Shown piece after piece: positions 27,836 to 39,960 of a stretch of 64,000 nucleotides of DNA. Made by a program: the position numbers and the translations under genes. Source of the DNA: the human T2T-CHM13v2.0 reference genome, Homo sapiens; NCBI GenBank assembly GCA_009914755.4, contig CP068257.2:9120001-9184000 (forward strand). The letters are read 5' to 3'. How positions within the stretch are numbered: the stretch's first letter is position 1; the number at the start of each line of letters is the position of its first letter. Below the pieces are notes generated by a model that was not told the DNA's origin, did not search any database, and saw only the letters and a program-made list of their open reading frames with translations.

Positions 27836-29039
27836 GTTAAACTGATCACTAGCGGTAGAGCCTTTTCATTCTGTTCACTTCTTAAAAGGTCAGCTTGGTC
27901 AGATATCAGTGCTACCCTGCCAGAAATAAGCGGTTAGGAATCAAGTAAAGGAGTCAGCTAAAAGTGTAATTACTAAGTAGTGAGGTCACAGCTCGATGGT
28001 TGTTGATCTCATTTTCTCTCTGCTGCTGATTTCAAGGCTTTATACCGTGTTTTGATATAACAGAATGTATACTATGAAGGACAAATAGTCTGTTAGCTTC
28101 TTGGAGCTATACTCCATTACTGGAGCAGGGGACAACAATTTGAAGGACATTACTACTTAGACAGTTTAATCTGCCTTTGGCTAGAATAAACTTCAAGTTC
28201 CAAGGGCTGGGTTCAGTTGTTATGCAAATTTAGATTGTTGTGGTAAAATTTCCAAAACAAAAAGGATAGGACTCTTTAGATGAAATAAGAATTTAACTGT
28301 ATTTGAACCCTGTTGAAGGCCAGACAAGTTTAGGCAAAATCCCATGACTGAATACTCTTTGATGAGTCCCTTTAAATTCCAACATATAATCTATGTTGGT
28401 AAATATGATACATGCACTGGAAAAGGATGTGTATTCAGTAGTTGTTGAGTGTCGGGTTATGTATATGTCAGTTTATGTCAAGTTCGTTCATTGTGTTCAT
28501 CAAATCTCCCTTTCTCTTATGGATTTTTTCTGTTGGTTCCATCGGTAATTGAAAGGTATGTTAAAATCTATATTGTAATTAGTCCATTTTTCTTTTAGTT
28601 ATATCAGTTTCTGTAGTAAATAATTTGAAGGGATATTTTATATTTATACATATTTAACATTGGCATACTTTTCTAGTGACTCACATTGTAAAATCTCTTT
28701 TATCTTAGCAATATTTCTTGGCTTAAGACTAAACTGTCAATAATAACATAGCAACACGAGCTTTGTGCTGATTAGTGTTTTCAGACATGTTTTCCACTGC
28801 TTTACTTCCAAATGTCTAGATTCTTGTATTCAGATAAATTAATTAAAACATAAAAAATAAATATAATATAAAACATTAAAAAGTAAATATTCTAAAAATC
28901 CAGCCAGAGATGTTTCACTTTTAATTGAAGTGTTTAGGACCACTACTCTCACACTGTGTGCTAAGGTGCCCTGAGATGCTGTGTTTAACTGACGGGCACC
29001 AGTGGATAGTGTGTGAGTATGTGTATGTGTGCGTTTGTA

Positions 29040-29212
29040 TCTGAGATGGGGGTCTCACTCTGTCCCCCAGGCTGAAGTGGAGTGTGAGGTCTAGGCTCAC
29101 TGCAGCCTCTGCCTCCCTGAGTAGCTGGGACAACAGGCGTGCACCACCATTCCTGGCTAAGTTTTGTAATTTTAGTAGAGATGGGGTTTTGCCATGTTGC
29201 CCAGGATGTATA
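29040..29212 (-). mobile_element. 5'-truncated Alu fragment, minus orientation
   Basis: gagatgggggtctcactctgtcccccaggctgaagtggagtgtgaggtctaggctcactgcagcctctgcctccctgagtagctgggacaacaggcgtgcaccaccattcctggctaagttttgtaattttagtagagatggggttttgccatgttgcccagg. Confidence 0.85.
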
Positions 29213-29559
29213 TTTTTGAGGGAAACAAAGCAACATTTGCTGGAGACCTTAAGAACTACTAGCCTGAGGCAGTTCATAGTTTCAAAAGTACTTAGTTAGA
29301 AGTGCATTTCTTTACCTTTAGGGTGGGTGTTGTTAATTACCACGAAGAAAGCAAGTATTGTGCTAAAGTCAGTGTGGAATAAGAATAAGGTCCAGTGGTT
29401 GAGATCCAGTCCGATTTTAAGATTTGAAAAGTTGTGCTGTGTGCCCAACAGGCACACACATCCCAATAGTAAGTAAATTGTGCTTTTTTAAGAAAGGAAC
29501 AAAAATACTGTTTCTACTTCCATTGCGTGTTATTTTGTATATGTACTTGCAAATACATC

Positions 29560-30600
29560 ACCAAAATAAAAATAAAGAACATATCCAGCACTCAAAAAAG
29601 TTTCCCCTTGCCCTTTTATAATCCCAAACTTTCTGTATCTTCCTACCTTACCACACTCCCTGGCAATCACCAATCTGTCACTATAAAATAGTTTGCCTTG
29701 TGTAGACATTTATATAAATGAAGTGTAATATGCACCCTTTTTTGGAGGGGTCTGGCATTTTTCACACAGCATAATTATTTTGAGATTCAGCTATATTGCA
29801 GGCATCAATAGGTCATTAATTTTATGACTGAGTAGTATTCTATTGTGCAGATCGGTCACAACTTATATATCCATTTGCCTGTTGATGGGTTTTTGCATTG
29901 CTTCCGGTTTTGGACTTATACAAATACATTTGCAATGAACATTCATGTACATAAGTTCCTATAACTTTGAGTAAATATTAGGAGTGTAATAGCTAACAGG
30001 TTTAGGTTTAGTTTTAAGAGACTGTCAAAATGTTTGCCAAAATGGTTGTACCATTTTATATTTTTATCAGCAGTATATAAGAATTCCACACTCTTGCCAA
30101 CATTTTGTATGGGCCTTCTTTTAAAATTTTAGGCATTTTCATGTGTGTACAATAGTATTTTATTGTGGTTCCATAATGCCTAATAATATCTAGTATCTAT
30201 GTACTTACATGCCATCTGTATATATTTGGTAAAGTGTATGTTCACATTTTTTTGCTTCTCCCTTTTTTGTTTTATTCTTTGCTTATTTTCTCATTATTAA
30301 ATTTTAACAGTTTCTTTATATACTTTAGATTCAAATCCCTTATTAGATATGAGACTTGCCAGTATTTTCCCCTTGAGTTTTCTTTGTGTTCTCATAACAC
30401 TATCTTTCAGTTAGCAGATGCTCTCAATTTTGATGGGGTCAAATTTATTAATTGTTGTTTTGCATTTGGTTTTTGGGGCTTCATCTAAGATGTTTTTGAT
30501 TAATTGAATATTACAAATTTTCTTTATTTTCATCTCAAAGTTCATAGCTTTTAATACTTTATTTTATATTTAAGTCAATGGTCCTATAAGTGACAGAGCT
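29560..30600 (-). mobile_element. Ancient L1M 3' fragment (3'UTR plus ORF2 C-terminus), minus orientation
   Basis: ccctggcaatcaccaatctgtcactataaaatagtttgcc...tgactgagtagtattctattgtgcag...atccatttgcctgttgatgggtttttgcattgc...gtttgccaaaatggttgtaccattttatatttttatcagcagtatataagaattccacactcttgccaacatt...atatgagacttgccagtattttcccc, each paralleling rc L1 3'-end motifs. Confidence 0.8.
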
Positions 30601-33117
30601 TTAACCCAAGTCACTGTCATGCATAGCTGGACCCAGGGGCTTATATAAAATCATCAAGAAATGTTTTCCTTCTTTCTCTTGACACTTTTCCTTTTGTTTT
30701 AGCCTCATTTTTTCCTTCTGAAGATGACTCTCTTCTCTCTTTGTAGCAAGAGATAGTACTAGAAATAACCCACTTTACTTTGTCCTCACATACCACAGTG
30801 GTAGAAAAAGCAAGAGTCCTTCCTGATGATTCCAAAAAAATAGTACTGAAACAGTTGCTATGATCCAAGGGTAGAGTCTTTTGCCAGAACTTGGCATCAT
30901 GATCACCTCTAGGGCTGGGGCTTTTAGGTTGGGTCAGGCCTAGTTGGTGCTCATTGAAATGGTCCCCAAAGAAAAGGGGGGCTCTCAAGAGGAGAGTTGC
31001 TGAACACCCCACCAAAAAATAGCCACTGTGTACATACCTACAATTCCTTGCCAGTTTATAAGCAACTGGTTGGGTGGAAAATGACTAGAAATTCAGTTGT
31101 CATTAACTTTCCTTTATAATGTCAGTAGAATGAGCCATACATTTCACTTGTTGTGGGTTACGTCCATGATAGTCATTTCTGTATATTAGGTATCAATTTG
31201 GAGTATCATCTGAAGAAATATATTATTTTGTGATGTTATCCTTAAATTAATATTTTTAGGATAAAGATTTATAGGATGAAAGAAAAGTCTAGGATAGAAA
31301 TAAAAGAATAGAGAAAATGGGAGCATGGATATACTGCAGAAAATGGCCAAACAGGAAAAGTACTTGTGAGAGGTATTGAAGTACATAATTGATGTCACAT
31401 AGACCTCCAGGAAATTACAACTACTGGCATAAGAACAAACTATCTGAATAGTCTTTGCTAATACTGAGTCTTTTCTGCTTGCAAAAGTAGTAAGAATGGT
31501 AAGGAATTGGGACATTGTTCAGATAGGCCTCAATGCATTTGTTCATTTACCTGTTGATGGGGTTTGGGGGTATTAATGAAGGATGTTAATAAATAATAAT
31601 GGGCATGTTAGGTAATCATAACTGATTTGTCCATTTGGTCTGAAGAAAATGTTGCCTACCTTCTTTTTTGTCGAGGGATTCATTTTTAATGTCATGTTGG
31701 ATTATATGACTTACTAAATGTGTAATTGCCTATTTATGGATTCTGAAGAATTTTATAAAATGTATTTGCCAAACATTTTGAAAGCTTAGAACTTCTCCAA
31801 GGAAGAAGTTTTTTAGTGCTTTAGTGCTGCCCTGATAAATATGGTAGCCACAGCCATGTGAATATTGAGCATTTGAAATGTGGCTAGGCTGGAGTGAGAT
31901 GTGCTGTCAGGGTAAAACACACACCAGATTTTGAAGACTTAGTAGGAAATAAAATTAAACATATCTAATTAATAACTTTTATATTGGTTAGACATTGAAA
32001 TAATATTTTGTATGTATTTTACATATAAATATACATTCATGTGTATGTGTAATTAATATCTTCATATGAAATACTTCTCAATTACAATTGGAAGAATGAT
32101 GACTTTGTGGTGGAGAAATCTGGCACAAACTTGATCATGTGCCTCCTGCTGTGATGTCCTAGGAAGACCACAGCATTATTTCTGTGGTTTTCTTGTGAAA
32201 GATACATGACCTAAGTCTGGATGTGGAAACACATCAGATGGAAAAAGGTAAACACATCCTTCATAAGTGTGTATGCTCTTTAAAACTCTTAAGTTTATGA
32301 AAAATAGGGCAAAACAGAGGAACTGTTTGAAGTTGAAGGAACTTAATAGTCATGACAATTAATGCAATGGGAACTCCTGGATTGGATCCTGGATTACAAA
32401 GTTCAAAAAAATGTATTTAGGGCACAGCTGAGAAAATTTGGATCTGTTGATTGGACAGTAGTGTTGGGTGAATGCTGATATCCTGATGTGGATGATTATA
32501 TTCTGGTTATGAGAACTTTTCCCAGATTCCTCATCGTTTGCCCAGTGGGTTCATGGACAATGTGGCGATGGTAGCAGGAGAAGATGCTACATGTTTCCAA
32601 TAACATGAATTTCCCTGCAGCAGTGCTGCCTACTGCCCAGATGAGTGCCCTGACTGCCGACAATGAGCAATGCTGAGACCCTGGAAAGAGGAACTACCTT
32701 GCCTAGACCAGACAGATTTCTGGTAATGTTGTAATAATATTTTTTCCCTTCCTTCATGGAAGTGGTAAAGAATTGCCCTCACTGGAATAGATGCATTTCC
32801 GAATACGGACTCCACTTCATATCCTTCTCATAGCATCAAATTATTTACATTTGCTGAGTTCTTATTCTCTGCTATCATACAATTACTACTGAAGATGGAG
32901 CTTATTTTACAAAAAAAGAAGTGATGCGATGGGCTTCAACCCATATTTATTGGTCTTGTGACATCCCACATCACCCAGAGGAATATGACCTCACAAGAAT
33001 CAGTTATTTCACCAACTGTGAGACCCTGAGGGGCTGGGTTTCTATCCTACAAGATGTGTTAGATGCCCTGACCAAAGATCCCTCCTACCCAGAATGCATG
33101 GTTCCATGTAGCAAGGA

Positions 33118-33650
33118 TCATTTTGATGGTGGTGATGATGATGGTGAGGATGGTGATGGTGAAGGTGGAGGTGGTGATAATGAAGTGATAGTTATGTTGA
33201 GGATGATGAAGGTGATGATGATGGTGAGAATGGCAAAGGTAAACACGGTGATGGTGAGAATGGTGATGGCAGTGATTGTGATGGTGATGATAAGGATGGT
33301 GATGGTGAAGGTGGTGATGATAATAGTGATATTTATGGTGAGGATAATGGTGACGATGAGGATGATGATATTGAGAATGGTGATAGTGATGATCATAGTG
33401 ATGGTAATGATGATAATGATGACGATTATGAGGATGGGGAGGGTGACAATAATTATTATGGTGAGGATGGTGATGGTGAAGGTGGTGATAACGATAGTGA
33501 TAGTTATGGTGAAGATGCTGGTGTTGATGATGGTGAGAATGGCAAGGGTAAGAATGGTGATGGCCATGATGATAGTGTTGGTGATTGTAAGGATGGTGAT
33601 GGCAATCATGGTGATGATGATAATGGTGCTGACTGGGCTATGAGGTAATG
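33118..33650. repeat. Triplet-periodic GGTGAT/GATGGT-type minisatellite (copy B), about 530 bp, related to the array at 14507-15000
   Basis: ggtggtgatgatgatggtgaggatggtgatggtgaaggtggaggtggtgataatgaagtgatagttatgttgaggatgatgaagg... It shares an almost identical block of about 50 bp (ggtgatggtgaaggtgg..tgataatga.agtgatagttatgttgaggatgatg) and a similar left flank with copy A. The D/G/E/N frame is open for about 165 codons and ends at TAA near 33646. Confidence 0.9.
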
Positions 33651-34279
33651 GAGGCAGAAAAGTGGCTGTTTCTAGGAAGTATAGAGCCAGCTGGGAACTG
33701 CAAGGCAACCTTAGTGGGGGTGGAAGATGTCGGGCCCCTGCGTCATTTCTAGACATCTGGGGAAATCTCACCCCTCACAGTAGTTCCAGGAAGCCCTCCA
33801 TCCAGCATTTCCTTCTCGCAATCAGCATGGAGCTTTTGGGGTGCAGAGAAGTGTCTTCTATTCACTGCACTCTGTGGGAAGGGAAAAGGGGGAGTGCTAT
33901 TTATGAACCCAGTATAATACAGTAGGGTCTCATCTAATATATTTTGGGAGAATTTTCAACTGAAAAGAGCAAGCTTCAGAGAAGTCAGGTAACTTTATCT
34001 TCAATAGCATCCAGTTGTGATTTATTGAGCAATTACTATGTGCCAGGCAACATGCTGGGTGGTTCCTTATATGTTATCTCATGAAATCCTACAGCAACAC
34101 AAGGAGACAGGCATAACTACCCCATTATAAAAATTGTGGCAAAATGAACTAAAATTTACTGTCTAACTATGTTTAAATTTACATTTCAGTGGCATTAAAT
34201 ACATTCGCAATGTTGTGCAACCAATTTCCAGAGTGCTTTTCATCTTGTAAAACTACAGTTCTGTAACCCATTTAAAAAC

Positions 34280-34640
34280 AACTCCCCAATCCCCACCCTC
34301 CCCAGGACCTGGTAGCCACCATTCTCCTGTCTGTCTCTATGGATTTGACTACTCTAGGTGTCTTGGAAAAGTGGGATAATACAGCATTTGTCTTTTTGGT
34401 CTGGCTTATTTTGTTCAGCCTAATGTCCTCGGGTTCATTCTTGACGCAGCACGTGTCAGACTCTCCTTCCTTTTCAAGGCTGAACACTATTCCACTGTAT
34501 GCATAGACAGCATTTTGTTGATCCGTCCATCCATCCATTGACACTTGGGTTGCTTCCACCTTTTGGTTATTGTGGATGATGCTGCTCTGAACATGGTTTT
34601 GCATGTATCTCTTCCAGGTTAGCCCCATTATACAGAAGAG
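34280..34640 (-). mobile_element. Ancient L1M 3'-end fragment, minus orientation
   Basis: ccccaccctccccaggacctggtagccaccattctcctgtctgtctctatggatttgactactctaggtg...gctgaacactattccactgtatgcatagacagcattttgttgatccgtccatccatccattgacacttgggttgcttccaccttttggttattgtggatgatgctgctctgaacat is the rc of the L1M 3'UTR (ggtggttgccaggggctgggg...gtccatagagacag...tgaataatattccattgtatg...catccatccattgatgga...). Confidence 0.8.
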
Positions 34641-37600
34641 CATAGAGAGATTCTGGGAGGAGGGATGAATGCCTGGGGCCTTTGGTGAGGTCCTGGTGGA
34701 GGATCTCCCAGACCTCAAAGGCAGAGCTCCTCTCCTCACCCCACTGCCTTTCTTAGGACCTGCCTCCTGCTCCACCACACAGTGCCCACTCCCTGGTACT
34801 AGACTTGCTAAGGCCTCTTGATCCCTGAAAGTTCAGGGACAGGAACTAGCAGGCACAACTACAGTCACTCACTTCTCTGTCCCTTACTGCAGATTCGGTT
34901 GCAAACAATACATGACAATGACCTGCTTTCCACTCTTTCACCAGATGTGGATGAGGCGCCTACTGCATGCCAGGCATGTGTGGGCACTGGATGGAGACCC
35001 CTGGGAAATGAGAAGATGTGAGCTCCTCAAGGCCAGGGGCATCCCTTTCACTTGCTGCTACCCTGTGAGGGATGGAGGGGAACCCTGAAGCATTGGAGAA
35101 GTGCATGAGTGACCTAGCTCAGATGATGATATCATAGTAACCCTGTTTATTATCACCTACCATGTGCCAGGCATTGTGCGAAGTACTTTGCACACATTAC
35201 CGGCTGTAAAGCTCAGAGACAACTGTAGGAGTGAATCTTTTATACCTCCCACTTTACAGTGGAGGAAACTGATGCTCAGAGAGGTGAACCAGTCTTCCCC
35301 AGGCCTTGCAGCTAGTCTCTGGGATGTGGATCCAGGCGGTCTGACTCAGAGATCCCCTCATCCTTTTAGTTTTTGCCCCTGCAGCCCTCTGGCCTGTCCC
35401 CAGGGCCCTGTACCGTTGGCCACCCCCAAGATGACCTGGACATGGGCTTCAGCAAAGGCAGCAACCCCAGCATATCTCCATTTGATAGGGAGGAACCTCA
35501 GGCCCACCACAGGAGCCCTGGGTGGGCTGCAGGTGGTGTAGGTGCTGGCTGAACCACAATGCACCCATGTTGGAGGATGCACCCTAGGATGGGCAGCAGC
35601 AGGAGGTCTCCCGGCCCAACAACTGGTAGTGGTACCTGAGAACAAAGGAGGAGAAGGATGCTTCGGATACAGGTGTGGAGAAGCCCAAGGAGGAAAAAGA
35701 AGATTTGGACTATGGGCTGCTGGATGGCCTCAAGGACCCCATCCCAGAAAAGGAACTTTGAGACTTATACCAAGGGCTGAGATGAAAGTGCTCCCTCTTT
35801 TCTATCCTGGAACTGCTGCAAACTTCAGTGTGACATCACAGCGCCTTGTTTCCCTATTTGTAAAATGGGATTTTATGGGGGTTCCAATGAGACACTGGAC
35901 CGAGAGCATTTTGAGAATTGTAAAAAATGTACAGTGAGTGAGGGAATAATTATTATCAATGGACCATTGCTCTTCCAATAGTTAGTATTCTTTAGCAAAT
36001 ATTTAAAGGTAAAATATGATTTGTTGAGGAGGTTTGCAGCAGCTGAGGCCCTCAAGAGTCTTTTCTGTCTCCGTTGAAAGCTGGCCTCTGACAGGGACCT
36101 TCTTGGTGCTACCCCTGGGCCCCTCATCCTTTGTGCAGGCTTCTCAGGGTTCTTATTTATATTGCATCTTGTGGTTCCCTAGTGGATGGCATGCTGCATC
36201 TTCACTCAGAGCTAACTGCATCTCCTCCAGGCCCATGTCCCTTGTGCAGCACCCACTGGTCCCTCACCAGGATTCAAAACCTTCTGTGACTGACCTCTGC
36301 TGACCTCCCAACTTTATCCCCCCTCATTCTTTCTGCTCCTCCAGTTCCATGCCTGTGCCCCTCAATCCTGTGGCTCACACTCTCACCCAAGCTGTTCTCC
36401 ATCAGGATTTCCTTGGCTCCCTTTTCTGGTAGGCAAATTTATTTTCATCCTTCCAAGCCCTGCACAGATGTCCTCTGTGCAGAAAGCTCTCCCTGAGGTC
36501 ACACAGTCCAGGAACAAGGTAGTTCTTGCTCCTGTGCTCTCTCTGGGTTTTGTGCCTTTATCACTTTGGTGTAACTGCCTGCCTCCTGCTGAAGGGAGGC
36601 ATTTTGGCTTTACTCACCTCAGTATCTCCTGGGTCCAGCTGGGTGTCTGGCCTGGCCCAGAATTGGCGCTCATCAAGGGTGTATAGAACTCACAAGGACC
36701 CAGGAATGTTTTGCAAATAATACCACCCTCCCACACTTCTCCAATGTTTACTTTCTAAGATCCTTTACTCTTTGACATTCAAATTTCTAAATGGCCTGTA
36801 TGTGTTTACAAAGCCTGGGAAAATGCCTTCAGAGGACAAACAAACCCCACCAGCAGAATGTATTTGCATTGACTAGGATTATGGATGAAATTCAGCTTTC
36901 CGGCAAATGAATCATTTGGCATTGGCTAAGTATCTGCTCTGTGCCAGATACTCAGCTGTGATCTCTAGAAAGAGACATGAACTACTGACACAGTACTTGA
37001 CCCCGAAGAGCTCAGAATCCAGTGAGCTTGATTTCTTGTAAGTTAGAGACAGAGTTCAGAGCAGAAGCTCAGGCAGGAGAAAAGTAAAATGGACACACTA
37101 GAGGCAGTGACAGCCACACAGCTGTCTGGGGACACTGAGTGCAGCAACAAATAGCTTAGGCTGCCTTGGCAGCCCACGAAGGTATCACGGTTTCCTATTG
37201 CAGCATCTCAGTGATGCTTTTGTTATGCTGATCTCTGCAAAGCCCTCCGTGCCCCAGCCCAGGATGGTGACAGCCATGCTGTGGAGAAAAGGGCAGTGAC
37301 TAGGACCACAGGCTCAGAGCTTGTACCCTGGACCACCTGGGAATGGGAGCCCTTCACATGTTCTCTGCCTCTGTGTTCAGGTTGGGGGTCCTGGCCAAGG
37401 AAAGGAGATGACCCCCATGCTGGGTCAAAAGAACACACTCCCGGGAACAGACTCTCTCTTCTTTCTGGGTAATTTCTGCCTCTGCAGTGAATGGTGTAAC
37501 CAGACACATCCTCTCTATTGGTATGACACAAAGACAGGCGTTCCTGCTCGTGGGCTGAATCCTCAGGTGAGGGGAGGTGTAGTACATTCCTGTGCTCTGC

Positions 37601-37724
37601 TGACTAAGGCAGGGACACATGTCACCCCATCAGAATGAGTGCCAGACAAATGGCTACAATAAAATCATTTCCAATAATCAAAGGAGTCACCTTCATTCAT
37701 CTACAAATACTTTTCCTTTTCTTT

Positions 37725-38003
37725 TTCTTTTTTTTTTTTTTTTTTGAGATGGAGTCTTGCTCTGTCACCTAGGCTGGAGTGCAGTGGCATGATCTTGGCT
37801 CACCACAACCTCCGCCTCCTGGGTTCAAGCGATTCTCCTACCTCAGCCTCCTGAGTAGCTGAGACTACAGGAGCCCACCACCACATCTGGCTAATTTTTG
37901 TATTTTTCATAGCCAGGCTGGTCTTGAGTTCCTGACCTTGTGATCCACCCGCCTTGGCCTCCTAAAGTGCTGGGATTACAGGTGTGAGCCACCACACCTG
38001 GCC
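37725..38003 (-). mobile_element. Alu, minus orientation, with small internal deletion and long 5' poly-T
   Basis: tttttttttttttttttgagatggagtcttgctctgtcacctaggctggagtgcagtggcatgatcttggctcaccacaacctccgcctcctgggttcaagcgattctcc...gctgggattacaggtgtgagccaccacacctggcc. Confidence 0.9.
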
Positions 38004-38781
38004 CAAGTTTTTTTCTATAAAACCACCTATTGCACTCAGGGTAGGGTAAATGATGCATCATGCCTGCTGGCAACTTGGGCCCTATCTGGAAAGTGAGTGC
38101 CCACCACCATGGCACAGTGCTGTGCAGTGCCTGTGTGGTGCTGAATCTCAGGAGCAGCCCCTATCCTGTGAACCACAACTACAGGGAACTTAGACGTAAG
38201 CAAAGACCTCTGGTGGCCAAGCCTGCCAGAAAGCAGATGCTAACCCTGTCCTGGGGATCTGCAGGGAGGTCGGGCCAGTGGAGAGGTGGCGAGACCAATG
38301 TGTGGTCTCCCCAACTCCCGCCCATGCTATGCAATGGGGGCGACCACACACCCGATCTGCCTGGGAGGGTCCTGGTGTGCCCACTGCCTCGCTGAGTTAT
38401 GAGGGGTGCTGCCTCTCACATCTCACCGGTATCGCATTTGAAGGACAAATTATGTCTTCCCTTCCCCACCCTGTGGACCTCCGTTTCCTCATGTGCAAGT
38501 GGGGGATGATATGTTTACATGGTTATGCAGTGGTGGTATCGATGGGATCCATCTGTCAATACCCTGCATCCAGCGACCACCTGGAGCACACCTGCAGTTC
38601 GCAAGCTGGGCTTCCTGCTGCAGTGAGGGGAGCAAGCACTGCCTGGAGCCAGGGAGCCTCTCTGAAGGAGGTGTTGGAAAGGACTTGTTCCTGAATTTGG
38701 GCTTGTATTGGGAGCTTGGGGGAGGGTTGAAAGAAGCCTTTGCTCTAGATTGCTTGCTGACTGTATCATGGTGTGGCTTCA

Positions 38782-38904
<123 letters not shown>

Positions 38905-39109
38905 CTAGAAAAGAGGCCGCTCAGGATGGGGATGAGATTTCAGTTGCTCCGGGAGCAACGCATCTCCTCACGTGGGCCAGGCTTTCACACACCCAAAGCG
39001 GATCTGCCGCGGCGAAAACGATTGACAGCCAGCCTCATGACCCAGGCAGAGATGGAGAAAGAGGCTCACCAAAGACAGGCCGCCATGCGACAAACCGCTT
39101 TGTGGCGCA

Positions 39110-39275
39110 CAGGGCACATTTGGCCAAAGACACACACGCACACGGGCATACACACACAAACCCACAGAGAGAGGGAAAGAAACACACAGAGACTGAGAGA
39201 CAGAGAGAGGAGAGAATGGGAGAGACACACACACACACACACACTCACACAGAGACACACACACAGAGTCATACA
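39110..39275. repeat. (CA)n / (GA)n compound microsatellite inside the CpG island
   Basis: acacacgcacacgggcatacacacacaaacccacagagagagggaaagaaacacacagagactgagagacagagagaggagagaatgggagagacacacacacacacacactcacacagagacacacacacagag. Confidence 0.9.
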
Positions 39276-39350
39276 GCAGAGGCATTGAAACACACACCAC
39301 CGGCAACCCCTGAGGCTGCGGGGTTCTGCTCACGACGAGAACGACCCTCA

Positions 39351-39650
<300 letters not shown>

Positions 39651-39960
39651 CTAAGACAACCGTGGGAACCACTGTGATGGGGGAAGCCGCTCACGCCTCA
39701 CGCATGCGCATTGGCTGGGCCGACTCGCGCTCCGCTCCTGGCAGTCGGGCTGCATCCCCTTTATTTTTTTTTTTATTTTTTATTTTTTTTTTCATCTTTG
39801 CCCTACTGTTTTTATTTTATAAAGTTCTCAAATCAAAATACAAAATGAAACCAGAAAACCCTACAAAGTAAAAATGACAAAATGTGAACATCTGTTTATT
39901 CTGGTTGATGGGTTATTACATTATTCTGCTTTTCTATATTTTCTAGACTTTTTATTTTAC

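Noticed and set aside
34272-34778. 168-aa minus-strand ORF
   Set aside because: It overlaps the L1M 3'UTR fragment and flanking unique DNA. It has no homology and no splice or promoter context.
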